Source: Candidatus Moranbacteria bacterium RIFCSPHIGHO2_01_FULL_55_24
GTDB taxonomy: Bacteria > Patescibacteriota > Minisyncoccia > Moranbacterales > UBA1568
NCBI GenBank assembly: GCA_001786575.1
Contig: MFRW01000004.1
Location: 62,655-126,654 of the forward strand
DNA: 64,000 nt
Direction: 5' to 3'
The notes under the pieces are model-generated. The model worked only from the letters and a program-made list of their open reading frames with translations. It made no database searches and was not told the DNA's origin. The position numbers and the translations under genes were made by a program. Positions within the stretch are counted from its first letter, which is position 1, and each line of letters opens with the position of its first letter. Shown here one piece after another: positions 46,784 through 56,739 of this stretch.

Positions 46784-48921
46784 TCTTTCTTCTCTTCTTT
46801 GGGTGCTCCGGAGAGCGCCGCTTCAAAACGGGCAAGCATCGGATCGTCGAGATTCGGTGCTTTGTCGCTTAGGGGCTCATCCCGGTTCACATAGTAGAGG
46901 ATGCTGTGGAACTCCTGTGCCTGTTTCTTCAGATCTTTTTCGCGACGTTTCCGCTCTTTGCTGTTCTGCGGCGGGGAATCGTAGCTTTTGTAGGAGAAGG
47001 GGAGAGAACCGGTGATAAGGGGCTTGTCGCTCGTGACCGTGGTGTACCCGGGGAAGGCGGTGGCCGGGTAGCGGGCGAGCAGGTAGTCCATATAATTCCG
47101 CCAGATGGGCGCGGCGACGAACACGCCATCAGCTCCGGCTTTCATCGGGGTATTGTCGTTGTTGCCGACCCAGATACCCACCGCGACCTTCTGGGTGTAG
47201 CCGACAGTCCAAGCATCGCGGAATTCCTGGGTGGTGCCGGTCTTGGCTGCGACTCCGCCGCTCTTGAAGGCGAGGGGAGTGCTCCCGCCGAACACCATGG
47301 AGCGCGCCTGGTTGTCGGAGAGGATGGAGCTGATCTTGCGGGCAGTTTCTTGGCTCAAGGCCCGGCTGCCTTCCGGCTTCTCATGCGAGAAAAGCTCTTT
47401 TCCATAGGTATCCTCGATCCGGAGGATGCCGGATGCCTTCTTGTACAGGCCGTCCTGGCTGAAGACGCAGTAGGCATTGGTCATCTGAAGCAGGCTCACC
47501 TCGGCACCGCCCAAGACCAAGGAGAGGCCGTAGCGGTTCTTGTTCCCGGAAACGGTGATCCCCATCTTCTCGACCTGGGCGAGGGTGGAATCGACGCCGG
47601 CGAGGTACTGGGTCTGTACGGCAGGGATATTGAGCGAATTGGAAAGCGCCTGGCGCATGGAGATGAGCCCGTGGGTATTGCCGTCGTAGTTCTGGGGCTC
47701 GTATTCCTTGCCCTGGCCGTCGGGACCGAAGCTCGTCGGGAGGTCGAAGAGCATGGTCTCGGGCTGGTAGCCCTTCTCGAAGGCGCGCGCATAGACGAAC
47801 GGCTTGAAGGAAGACCCTGGCTGGCGCGGGGCGAGCGCCACGTTCACGGCTCCGTCGATGCTTTTGTCGAAGTAGTCCTTGGAGCCGACCATCGCGAGGA
47901 CTTCGCCATTCTCTGTGTCGAGCGCGACGAGCGCGGCATTGGAGGCATTCCACGAGGCATTCTTGGCGGCACCGCTCCGCACGGCTTCTTCCGCCTTCTG
48001 TTGGGCTTCCCAGTCGAGGGTAGTGTATACGTGAAGCCCGTGGGTCTCGAGATAGTCGCGGCCATACTGCTTCTCGAGCTCTTCCAGAACCGCGAAGACG
48101 AAGTGCGGCGCGTGAATCTCGCGCTTGAGCGGCACGACACGAGCCAGGATGTCTTCCTCTTTGGCACGCGCAGCTTCTTCCTCGCTCACCCAGCCGTTTT
48201 TCCGCAGCTTCTCGATGATCAGGTGCTGACGCTGTATGAGGAGATCAGGATTGTTGCCGTAGGGGGAGTAGAGGGTAGGCGCGTTGGGGAGGGCGGCGAG
48301 AAGCGTCGCTTCGCCCAGCGTCAGCTCCGGAGCCTGCTTATCGAAAAAAGTTTCCGCCGCCGCCTCGATGCCGTAGGCATTGGACCCGTAGGGGACTTGG
48401 TTCAGATACTGGTCCAGGATCTCTTCTTTGGTCAGGAAGAACTCTAACTTGATAGCCAGAAGGGCCTCGATCGCTTTGCGCTCGACGGTTTTCTCGCGGG
48501 AGAGGAGGACGCTCCGAGCCAGCTGCTGGGTGATGGTGGAGGCGCCTTGCTCGAACCCGCCCTCGCGGAGGTTCACGCGGAGCGCCCGGAAGACGGCTCG
48601 GGTATCGATGCCGAAGTGGCGGTAGAAATTCTCGTCCTCGACCGCGATGGTCGCGAGGCGGATATTCTTGGGGATATCCGTGTGGTTTATGGGTTTGCGG
48701 TTCTCTTCGCCGTGCACCTGGTAGAGCACGTGCTCGCCGGTACGGTCATAGAGGACAGACGTGGCGCCATGCTCCGCGTCCGTGAACTCATTTATCGAGG
48801 GGATGAAGAAGACGAACACGGCAATGCTCGTCAGCATGGCCATGAAGAGGAAGATAACGCTTAATCCGAGGAAAAATCTTCCCCAGCTGAAAGTCTTCTT
48901 TTGGGTTCTGGGAGTTTTCAT
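46780..48921 (-). CDS. Class A penicillin-binding protein (PBP1A family)
   Basis: EDENFYRHFG, GASTITQQL, RKAIE; transpeptidase motifs SSFK, SLN, KTG. Confidence 0.95.
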   Translation of the reverse strand: MKTPRTQKKTFSWGRFFLGLSVIFLFMAMLTSIAVFVFFIPSINEFTDAEHGATSVLYDRTGEHVLYQVHGEENRKPINHTDIPKNIRLATIAVEDENFYRHFGIDTRAVFRALRVNLREGGFEQGASTITQQLARSVLLSREKTVERKAIEALLAIKLEFFLTKEEILDQYLNQVPYGSNAYGIEAAAETFFDKQAPELTLGEATLLAALPNAPTLYSPYGNNPDLLIQRQHLIIEKLRKNGWVSEEEAARAKEEDILARVVPLKREIHAPHFVFAVLEELEKQYGRDYLETHGLHVYTTLDWEAQQKAEEAVRSGAAKNASWNASNAALVALDTENGEVLAMVGSKDYFDKSIDGAVNVALAPRQPGSSFKPFVYARAFEKGYQPETMLFDLPTSFGPDGQGKEYEPQNYDGNTHGLISMRQALSNSLNIPAVQTQYLAGVDSTLAQVEKMGITVSGNKNRYGLSLVLGGAEVSLLQMTNAYCVFSQDGLYKKASGILRIEDTYGKELFSHEKPEGSRALSQETARKISSILSDNQARSMVFGGSTPLAFKSGGVAAKTGTTQEFRDAWTVGYTQKVAVGIWVGNNDNTPMKAGADGVFVAAPIWRNYMDYLLARYPATAFPGYTTVTSDKPLITGSLPFSYKSYDSPPQNSKERKRREKDLKKQAQEFHSILYYVNRDEPLSDKAPNLDDPMLARFEAALSGAPKEEKKD

Positions 48922-49029
48922 AGCAAAGCGTTATTATACAGTAAATATATCATTCTATCAAGGGAAAGAATACGCGTATAAAAAAACCGCTCAACGAGAG
49001 CGGATTTTTTATGAGTCGGGAAGCTCTTC

Positions 49030-49200
49030 TTACAAGAGTCCTACCTGACCGAAAAAGGTGAGAGTGATGACGGGGAGCAGCGCCAGCAGGAATGCTAGGC
49101 TGGTTTCCTCGTTCTTCGCTGCGTCAGCAGATGCCTGCTGGCAGCTTGGGCAGTCGCTTGCGGCTGCTTCGACGGATGTCTCCGTCTGCATGGTCTCCAT
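49030..49200 (-). CDS. Small CxxC membrane protein (56 aa)
   Basis: METMQ...DCPSC...SLAFLLALLPVITLTFFGQVGLL; followed by a terminator at ~48980-49010. Confidence 0.65.
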   Translation of the reverse strand: METMQTETSVEAAASDCPSCQQASADAAKNEETSLAFLLALLPVITLTFFGQVGLL

Positions 49201-49339
49201 ACTTTTATTGTTAATGTTTATTATCTTTTTATTTTCGCCTCCGCCTCCGGTATGGACCCGGGGAAAGGGGAGAAGAGAAAAGAAAAACGGGTGCGGACCT
49301 GGAATGGTCCTCACCCGTTTTCAACTCTCAACATAATCC

Positions 49340-49368
49340 ATTATAGCAGGAAAAAAGGCTAAAGTCAA
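49340..49368 (-). promoter_or_regulatory. Sigma-70 promoter
   Basis: TTGACT-17-TATAAT on the minus strand. Confidence 0.8.
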
Positions 49369-49429
49369 GAGATTCCGAAGCACGCTCTTCCTTGGTATAC
49401 TAGGAAGCGTAAGTCCTGTTCCGATACCT

Positions 49430-50116
49430 ATGCAGAAAAAGATTCTCTTGCTGATTCCCATGCTCCTCTTGCTCGCCGGATGCACGACGCCCCCGGTACG
49501 GAAGGAAGTGCAGAAAGACAACCTGACCTTCGATTCCGAAAAAGCGGAAGCCCAAAAGCAAGCGCAAGAAGCAGTAGCGAAACAGACTAAACCGATAAGC
49601 AGCAAACCTATGTATCAGAATCCTCCAGCCATGACCATCGATCCAGAGAAGTCCTATCAAGCGACGCTCAAGACGAGCGCGGGCGACATCGTCGTGGAGC
49701 TCAATGCCAAGGCGACTCCGCAGACGGTGAACAACTTCGTCTTCCTCGCACGCGAGAAATTCTATGACAACACGATCTTCCACCGGACGATCAAGGGATT
49801 CATGATCCAGGGAGGCGACCCGCGCGGCGATGGCACCGGCAACCCGGGGTACAAGTTCGCTGATGAGCCTTTCACCGGGGAGTACACCCGCGGTACGCTC
49901 GCGATGGCGAACAGCGGACCGGATACCAACGGCAGCCAATTCTTCATTATGCATGCGGATACGGCCCTCCCGAAGAATTATGTGATCTTCGGAAAAGTCA
50001 TCTCGGGTTTGGAAGCGGTAGACAAGATCGCGACCGCTCCGACCAAGCCGTCAGGCGAAGGGTCGTCGCCGGTCACGCCGGTCACGATCCAGTCGGTAGA
50101 AGTGGCAGAAGAGTAG
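49430..50116 (+). CDS. Cyclophilin-type peptidyl-prolyl isomerase, lipoprotein
   Basis: Lipobox LAGC; FHRTIKGFMIQGGDP, LAMANSGPDTNGSQFFI. Confidence 0.95.
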   Translation: MQKKILLLIPMLLLLAGCTTPPVRKEVQKDNLTFDSEKAEAQKQAQEAVAKQTKPISSKPMYQNPPAMTIDPEKSYQATLKTSAGDIVVELNAKATPQTVNNFVFLAREKFYDNTIFHRTIKGFMIQGGDPRGDGTGNPGYKFADEPFTGEYTRGTLAMANSGPDTNGSQFFIMHADTALPKNYVIFGKVISGLEAVDKIATAPTKPSGEGSSPVTPVTIQSVEVAEE

Positions 50117-50206
50117 GTATTTCCGGAATCCCGAATCTTTTTCGAGAAAAAGCCTCCGCATCACGGAGGTTTTTTCAATAGCGTGGTAGAATGGAGTGAG
50201 AAAAGT

Positions 50207-51700
50207 ATGCGGCAGAGAGATAAAAAAGAGCATCCAGGAATCAAGATATTCCGGAGAGCGGTTCTCGCTTCTCTCCTGTTCTTTCTTGTCGCTCCATTCC
50301 CAGCGGATGCCGCGACGCTTTCTTCCCAGGCGGTCGCCGATATCTCGCGGCCGGGAGTGGTGCATATCGGAGTGCATGCCTACGGGCATGCCAAGATCCC
50401 GAGGATAAAGGTGAATATCCGCGAGCGTCTCGTCGCCCAGGTACCGAATGAGTTTATGGAAGTCCCGGTGGACGAGTACATAAGCGGCAGCGGCTTCGCG
50501 GTAGAGGAGGGCGGCTACATCATGACGAGCGCCCACGTCGTGTCGCAGGAGGCGATCAAGGAGAATCTGGCGAGCGAGAGCGCTATTTCCGCCATTTATG
50601 AGAGCGCCCTTTTCTTGAATGACGCGGAAATGCAGGAGTTCCTTGAGGACGAGGAGAATCCTTTCATCGACGAGGTGCTCCGGTTCGTGGTGGAGCGGAG
50701 TACGTTCGATCTCCGGACGGATGTGCGAGTGCTCCGATCGGGAGGCGAGGCGAAAACTTTCCCGGATCTCATGGGAGGTGGCTTTCCGGCAGAAATAGTC
50801 TTGGCCCGCGAGGGATTTCTCAAGGATGAGGACGACGTCGCGCTTCTGCGGATCGATGCCGCGCCTCTGCCCGCGCTTCGCTTAGGGAAGTCCGAAAACC
50901 TGGCCTCCGGACAGCGGGTCTACATCCTCGGCTATCCGGCGACCGCGGAGATCGGACCGTCCGATAGCCGGGAAGCGACATTCACGAGCGGCATCGTGAG
51001 TGCCGTGCGGGAAGACCGGTCTACAGGGAAGCGTCTGTTCCAGACAGATGCCAAGGTTTCCCAGGGATCGAGCGGCGGACCGCTTCTCGATGAGAATGGC
51101 GAGGTAATCGGGATAGTGACTTTTCAGACAGATACGCTCCGTCGCGAGAGCGGAGATAATTTCGCTTTCGCGCTGCCGGTCGAGGCGGTGACGGCGCTTT
51201 TAGCCGAAGCCAGGATCACTCCGGCCGAGGGGCGTTTCGGTACGGCTTTCCGGCAAGGCTTCGCTTTTTTCCTGGAACGCCGCTGTTCGCGCGCCTTGAG
51301 CTCTTTTCAGGAAGCGCGGGCGACGCACGAGGCATTCCCGGTGGAAGCGTCGCTCGCATCGTATGAATCCGTCTGCCGCGGGTGGCAGGAACAGGGTGTC
51401 GCTCGCGACAGCGCGTTCGCGAAAGTCAGGAGCGCGCTTGCCTCATCGGACCGTTCATTCATCTATCTGCTCTTCGGCTCCATCGTCTTCTTTCTCGGCT
51501 TTCTCGTGATCCTGCTCTGGCTCTTCCGGCAGATGCGCCGCGACGAATTGGAAATCAGACACCTCGAAGAACGGGTGCAGAAAGACGAGTTCCGGATGCG
51601 CTCGCATGAGTTCGAGGAAGTGAAGCGCTACCAGGCACTTCAGGAGAAACGTCCCCGAAAGACGAAGCCTCCCGAGAAGCCCCCGCAATCATTCGTTTAA
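50207..51700 (+). CDS. Trypsin-like (S1C) serine protease, membrane anchored
   Basis: GSGF, TSAHVV, DVALL, QGSSGGPL; signal peptide and C-terminal TM. Confidence 0.9.
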   Translation: MRQRDKKEHPGIKIFRRAVLASLLFFLVAPFPADAATLSSQAVADISRPGVVHIGVHAYGHAKIPRIKVNIRERLVAQVPNEFMEVPVDEYISGSGFAVEEGGYIMTSAHVVSQEAIKENLASESAISAIYESALFLNDAEMQEFLEDEENPFIDEVLRFVVERSTFDLRTDVRVLRSGGEAKTFPDLMGGGFPAEIVLAREGFLKDEDDVALLRIDAAPLPALRLGKSENLASGQRVYILGYPATAEIGPSDSREATFTSGIVSAVREDRSTGKRLFQTDAKVSQGSSGGPLLDENGEVIGIVTFQTDTLRRESGDNFAFALPVEAVTALLAEARITPAEGRFGTAFRQGFAFFLERRCSRALSSFQEARATHEAFPVEASLASYESVCRGWQEQGVARDSAFAKVRSALASSDRSFIYLLFGSIVFFLGFLVILLWLFRQMRRDELEIRHLEERVQKDEFRMRSHEFEEVKRYQALQEKRPRKTKPPEKPPQSFV

Positions 51701-51712
51701 CACGCGCCAGGC

Positions 51713-53482
51713 ATGATCGGTCTTTTTGATGTTCTCGGAAGCCGAGAATTCCGCATACCCTTCGCTATCCTTCTCCTCATTTTTCTCGGAGAAGTGTTTT
51801 CTTTTCCACAAGCGCTGATTCTTGGCGGCTTGGTCGGCCTTTTCTCGCTCCTTTTCGAGTCCTGGGGACGGCTACGTCATGGGAAGTGGAATCTCGACTA
51901 TCTGGCATTTTTGGCGCTCGTGGTCGCTTTTTTCCTTGAACAATGGCTGGCCGGAGCGGTGCTGGCTCTCATGGCAGCGGTGAGCGCCGCGCTTGAGACG
52001 TACGGGACCCGCCGCGCCGAGAAGACGCTCCGCGAGCTTTTCGAGAAAATTCCGAAGACGGTCATGGTCCGCGGGGAGAGCGGTGACCACGAAGTGTCGC
52101 TCCATGCTGTGGTGCCGGGGGATACCCTGGTATTGCGGCGTGGCGAGATGCTGCCGTTCGAGGCCGAGCTTCTCTCGAATGAAGCGGTCTTCGATGAATC
52201 CAACGTTACCGGAGAAGTCGAGCCGGCTGTGCACCGCAAGGGAGGACTGCTCAAAGCGGGATTCGTGAACCGCGGTGAGATCGTTCTTGCCCGGGCGGAG
52301 GGAGATTTCGAGCACTCAAGCTATCGGAAGATCCTGAAACTGGTGGATGAGGGGAAGCATCATCCCGCTCCCTTGGCCCGCCTTTCCGAACGCTATAACA
52401 TTCTCTTTACGATCTTTTCGCTCGCAATCGCTTTCGCGGCATACTTTTTCTCCGGAGACCTGATGCGTTTTCTCGCAGTCCTGGTTATCGCGACGCCTTG
52501 CCCGCTGCTCATCGCCGCCCCCATGAGCTTCATCGGCGGACTGAACAAGGCGGCACGCAAGAATATCATCATAAAGAGTCCCTTTATCCTTGAGCTCTTG
52601 GCCAGCACCAAGACGATCCTCTTCGACAAGACAGGGACATTGACTCTCGGCGAGCCGCGCCTGCGGAGCATCCATATCTTTGACAAGCATTTGGATGAAG
52701 AGGAAGCGCTCAACATCGCCGCCTCTCTCGAGCGGCATTCTATCCATCCGATCGCCAAAGCCTTTGTCCGGGTCCATAGCGAAGCGAAGGGCGAGATTCT
52801 TCCGGCGACGCATATATCCGAAGAGATCGGCAAAGGTATCCGGGGAACCATCCACGGATCGGAATTTTCCCTTCGCAAAGCCACCGTTTCGGGCGGCGAT
52901 GGGATCGTTGTGGAGCTTTATTGCGGGAAGAAGCGGATCGCGAGCTTCACCTTCGACGATATCCTGAAGCCTGCTGTCGGAGAAGTCTTCGGGTATCTTA
53001 CGAGCCGCGGCTACCGCCTCGGCATCATTACCGGCGACAAAGAGAAGAATGCCCGGAGAGTTCTCGGGCACTTCCGGCTTCCTCTGTATGCTGATGCGAC
53101 ACCGGAACGCAAAGCGAGCCTGATCGCACGGTATCAGAAGAAGGGCGAGCTGGTCGGGATGATCGGGGATGGCGTGAACGATGCCCCGGCCCTCGCGCTT
53201 GCGGATCTCGGTATCGTGTTTTCGGGGACGGAGAATTCCGCCGCGACCGAAGCGGCCGATGTGGCGATCCTCGACCGCGATGCTCTCCGTATCCGCGATG
53301 CGATCCACATAGGCAGAAGTTCTTATCGGGTGGCATTCCAGAGTATCGTTCTCGGTATGGCGCTTTCGACCGGCGGGATGACACTGGCGTTCTTCGGGTA
53401 TGTCGACCCCGTGCAGGGGGCGGTACTTCAGGAAGTCATCGATTTCTGCGTCATCATGAACGCGCTTCGCTCCACGTATTAG
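51713..53482 (+). CDS. Heavy-metal P1B ATPase (P1B-5-like)
   Basis: [31 protein letters not shown]; no N-terminal MBD. Confidence 0.9.
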   Translation: MIGLFDVLGSREFRIPFAILLLIFLGEVFSFPQALILGGLVGLFSLLFESWGRLRHGKWNLDYLAFLALVVAFFLEQWLAGAVLALMAAVSAALETYGTRRAEKTLRELFEKIPKTVMVRGESGDHEVSLHAVVPGDTLVLRRGEMLPFEAELLSNEAVFDESNVTGEVEPAVHRKGGLLKAGFVNRGEIVLARAEGDFEHSSYRKILKLVDEGKHHPAPLARLSERYNILFTIFSLAIAFAAYFFSGDLMRFLAVLVIATPCPLLIAAPMSFIGGLNKAARKNIIIKSPFILELLASTKTILFDKTGTLTLGEPRLRSIHIFDKHLDEEEALNIAASLERHSIHPIAKAFVRVHSEAKGEILPATHISEEIGKGIRGTIHGSEFSLRKATVSGGDGIVVELYCGKKRIASFTFDDILKPAVGEVFGYLTSRGYRLGIITGDKEKNARRVLGHFRLPLYADATPERKASLIARYQKKGELVGMIGDGVNDAPALALADLGIVFSGTENSAATEAADVAILDRDALRIRDAIHIGRSSYRVAFQSIVLGMALSTGGMTLAFFGYVDPVQGAVLQEVIDFCVIMNALRSTY

Positions 53483-53516
53483 CGGGAGGCGTGGTATACT
53501 CAAGGCATCAAAACAT

Positions 53517-53954
53517 ATGCGAATTCCTTCTTTGAGGCACAAAAAGGCGCGCGGATCGGTCCTGGTCTTCTCGTTGATCGTGCTTTCCTTCCTCCTTATT
53601 TCCGCCCTTTCGGTCGCAGCCGTCGCCGTCTCCGAGACCAAGACTTCCATCGCCGTCAATCGCTCGAGTGTCGCTTTCCAGGCAGCGGATAGCGGCGTGG
53701 AGATCCTGCTCGAGAAGATCTATTCCGGAAGCTGCGATAGCTCGGCTTTGAGCTGTCTCGGGACCTGCAGCGGCGGGGAGATAACTGGGAATGTCGGAAG
53801 CGGGAATTACAAGATCAATTTCTACGAGAATGACGGGGCGCACATCTCGAGCTGCAGCACGACTACTTGGCGGACGGATGTGGTGCATCTCAAGTCCGAG
53901 GGAATCTACGGCAGGACGACCCGCGCCGTGGAAGTCGAAGTCAAGCATCCATAG
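53517..53954 (+). CDS. PilX N-terminal-like minor pilin
   Basis: Basic leader, G|SVLVFSLIV, AFQAADSGVE, TRAVEV. Confidence 0.8.
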   Translation: MRIPSLRHKKARGSVLVFSLIVLSFLLISALSVAAVAVSETKTSIAVNRSSVAFQAADSGVEILLEKIYSGSCDSSALSCLGTCSGGEITGNVGSGNYKINFYENDGAHISSCSTTTWRTDVVHLKSEGIYGRTTRAVEVEVKHP

Positions 53955-53978
53955 GAATTCCTAGAGATAATCAGAGAG

Positions 53979-54010
53979 AAAAAGCGCCCGATTCTCGGGC
54001 GCTTTTCTTT
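53979..54010. terminator. Bidirectional terminator
   Basis: AAAAGCGCCCGA-loop-TCGGGCGCTTTT between convergent genes. Confidence 0.8.
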
Positions 54011-54028
54011 GGGAGCGGCAGGAAACGA

Positions 54029-55225
54029 TTATTTGTAGCGGAGCGCTTCGAGGGCATCGATATGCGAAGCCTTGCGCGCCGGGAAGACTCCTGTCATGAA
54101 GCCGACGAAGGCCCCGAAGATGATCACGGTCATAATGAACCAGAGCGGGCTGTAGAAGAGGTCGACGGCTTCTCCGCCGAAACGTGTCGCAATCAGATTT
54201 ATGAGGAGATTCAGGACTTCGCCTTCGAAAAAGCCCAAGATGACGCCACCTAAGGAACCGAGGAATCCCATGAGCGTCGATTCCATCACGAACATGAGCG
54301 AGATGCTCCCGCGCGAGGCTCCGATGGCTTTCATGATGCCGATTTCTTCGGTGCGCTCGAGGAGCGCGATGGTCATGGTGTTGAACATGCCGATCGCCGA
54401 GACGATGAGCGCGATCATGCCGAAGACCATGAGGACGATCTGGACGGCGCGGAAGACTTTGTTCGCCTGGTCGACGGTTTCGGAAATGGAAGACGCGATG
54501 AATCCGCGACTCTCGACTTCCCGATGCACTTGGTCGAGCGTCTCCGTGGAGAGGCTTTTCACTTTGAGCTTGGAATAGCTTACGAGCGGGAAGCCCGAGA
54601 GGGAATCAAGGGGAAGATAAGCGGTATTCTCCTCGCCCTGGATCACTCCGGTGATGGTGTAGACGTTCCTTGGCGAGAAGGTTTTTCCTTGGCTGTCGGC
54701 ACCGGTCTTATCCGCCTGGAAGAGCGTGAGGGCGACTTTCTTCCCGATCATAGCTTCCGCGGACGTATCGAATACCCGTGCGACCGCTTGGGTGATGACC
54801 ATCGTGTCCGTCTCTCCGCGTGTGAAGAGTCTGCCTTCTTCGAGGCGCAACCCTTCGCTCTTGAAGATGCTGGCATCGGAACTCACGGTGCTGATATCGA
54901 GCGTGATGGTGTCGAACTTCCCTTGGCCGGGAAGCTCGAGAACCGGGACGACTTCGGAAACGTTCGGAATAGACTGAAGCGTCTCGATAGCGGCTTGGTC
55001 GAGCTTTTCCGGACCGTCTTCTTTGCCGACAGTGACATCGAGGGTGATGAGCGCATCCGAGGTCGTGATTTTCTGGAGGAGCGTCCGCTGCAGCCCATAG
55101 CCGAAGGACACCAGGAACATGATAGCGGCGATACCGATGCTCATGCCGAGGATGGTCAGGAGCGTCCGCATGGTGCGGGCCTTGAACATCCGGAGCGAAA
55201 GTTTCAGCAAATCGAAGAAGAGCAT
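54029..55225 (-). CDS. MacB/FtsX-family ABC permease
   Basis: RTLLTILG.SIG, ERTEEIGIMKAIGA, FPARKAS..DALEALRY. Confidence 0.93.
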   Translation of the reverse strand: MLFFDLLKLSLRMFKARTMRTLLTILGMSIGIAAIMFLVSFGYGLQRTLLQKITTSDALITLDVTVGKEDGPEKLDQAAIETLQSIPNVSEVVPVLELPGQGKFDTITLDISTVSSDASIFKSEGLRLEEGRLFTRGETDTMVITQAVARVFDTSAEAMIGKKVALTLFQADKTGADSQGKTFSPRNVYTITGVIQGEENTAYLPLDSLSGFPLVSYSKLKVKSLSTETLDQVHREVESRGFIASSISETVDQANKVFRAVQIVLMVFGMIALIVSAIGMFNTMTIALLERTEEIGIMKAIGASRGSISLMFVMESTLMGFLGSLGGVILGFFEGEVLNLLINLIATRFGGEAVDLFYSPLWFIMTVIIFGAFVGFMTGVFPARKASHIDALEALRYK

Positions 55226-55229
55226 GGCT

Positions 55230-56582
55230 TTAGGAGTATTTGATAAGCATGATGATCTCGATCTCGCGCACCGCTTTTTCCGCGGTGGTTTTGTGGAGTC
55301 CGATGCCATCTTTTGCGACCGGGGCATCGAAGCGTTTCAGGAGCTCGATCTGGCCGATGTGGCTTTCGAGACGCAGTTTGAGCGCGGCCTCCAGGCGCAT
55401 GCGCTGTTCGGCAGCGAGCTTCATATGGAAACGCTCGATGAGGTAGTCGGCAAGGCGCGCGACGCCTTGGACCGGATCGCTCTTCAGGATCTGGACCTGG
55501 TCCAGGATGGCTTGAGCTCGGGCCGCGAACGAGCGCGAACGCAGGCTGTTCCAGCCGGCTCCACCCTCCTCGAGGTCCAGATCGAGACGTTCGGTGAACG
55601 TGCTGATGTCGATATTCTTGAAGAGGAGCTCTTTGAGGAAGGCTTCGGCCATGGTGACCTGCTCCTCGTTGAGTTCGGAGAGGAGATGGGAAAGGAGCTG
55701 CTTCGCCTTGAACGGCACAAGGAGGACATCGACTTGCTGCGGAAGGAGGCTCTTGAACGAGTTCATGAGCATCTTCAGTTCCAGCGATTCCGGCGCGATA
55801 GTCTCGTCAGCCTTCTTTTCCTGATTGGTAGATCCGGTGCCGATCGGGCGCTTCTCCTTGTGCACTTCTTCCTTGATGATCCGTCCGTCTTTCATGTGGA
55901 TGACCCGGTCGGCGTAGGGGAGGTGCTCGGGATTGTGGGTCACCAGGACGATAGTCTTCTTGTCGACCTCGTTCAATTCCTTGAGGATTTTCAAGACGTT
56001 ATCGGCGCTTTCGCTGTCCAGGTTTCCCACTGGTTCGTCGGCGAGGATGACATCGGGATTATTGATGAGTGCCCGGGCGATCGCCACGCGCTGTTTCTGG
56101 CCGCCGGAGAGCTGACTCGGGAATTTATCCGCTTGCTCGACGATGCCGAAACGCCGTAGGAGCTGGACGCCGGCTTTGCGCCGTTCGCCACGGGCTTCGC
56201 CACGGAAGACTTTCGGCAGGCAGACGTTATCGAGGATATCGAGGGAGGAAATGAGGTAAAAAGCCTGGAAGACCATGCCGGTACCGGTCTGGTGCAGTTC
56301 CAGTTCTTCGCGCCGAGTCATCTTGCTTATGGGCCTTCCTTTGAAGTAGACTTCGCCGTAAGTGGCTCTCTGGAGCCCCGAGAGGGAATAAAGGAGAGTA
56401 GACTTCCCGCAGCCGGAAGGTCCGTAGATGATGACGTATTCATGGGGATAAATCTCCAAGTTCGTCTCTTCGAGTGCGCGCGTCTCGTTGGATTTCCCCT
56501 GATTGTAGATGATGCGGAGCTTATCGATAGTGATCAGAGGCTCTGCTTTCGGTTGTATTTGCGTTTCCATAATTGCCTTCAT
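55230..56582 (-). CDS. ABC ATP-binding protein with ~200-aa C-terminal extension
   Basis: GPSGCGKST, LSGGQKQR, ADEPVGNLD, VTH. Confidence 0.93.
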   Translation of the reverse strand: MKAIMETQIQPKAEPLITIDKLRIIYNQGKSNETRALEETNLEIYPHEYVIIYGPSGCGKSTLLYSLSGLQRATYGEVYFKGRPISKMTRREELELHQTGTGMVFQAFYLISSLDILDNVCLPKVFRGEARGERRKAGVQLLRRFGIVEQADKFPSQLSGGQKQRVAIARALINNPDVILADEPVGNLDSESADNVLKILKELNEVDKKTIVLVTHNPEHLPYADRVIHMKDGRIIKEEVHKEKRPIGTGSTNQEKKADETIAPESLELKMLMNSFKSLLPQQVDVLLVPFKAKQLLSHLLSELNEEQVTMAEAFLKELLFKNIDISTFTERLDLDLEEGGAGWNSLRSRSFAARAQAILDQVQILKSDPVQGVARLADYLIERFHMKLAAEQRMRLEAALKLRLESHIGQIELLKRFDAPVAKDGIGLHKTTAEKAVREIEIIMLIKYS

Positions 56583-56637
56583 AATAGCATTTCGGACGCA
56601 TTTTTTCGAGAGACTGGGATGATGCTATGATAGGCTT

Positions 56638-56730
56638 ATGAAAACCAGCGGAACCGTCATCATCCTCGGGATCATCCAGGCCATCATTCTCACTTTGGTG
56701 CTTCTCTACTTCCTCTACGTTTCCAGGTAA
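56638..56730 (+). CDS. Small single-TM protein (30 aa)
   Basis: MKTSGTVIILGIIQAIILTLVLLYFLYVSR; ATG 6 nt after TGCTATGAT; ends 9 nt before the next gene. Confidence 0.5.
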   Translation: MKTSGTVIILGIIQAIILTLVLLYFLYVSR

Positions 56731-56739
56731 AATAAAAAG

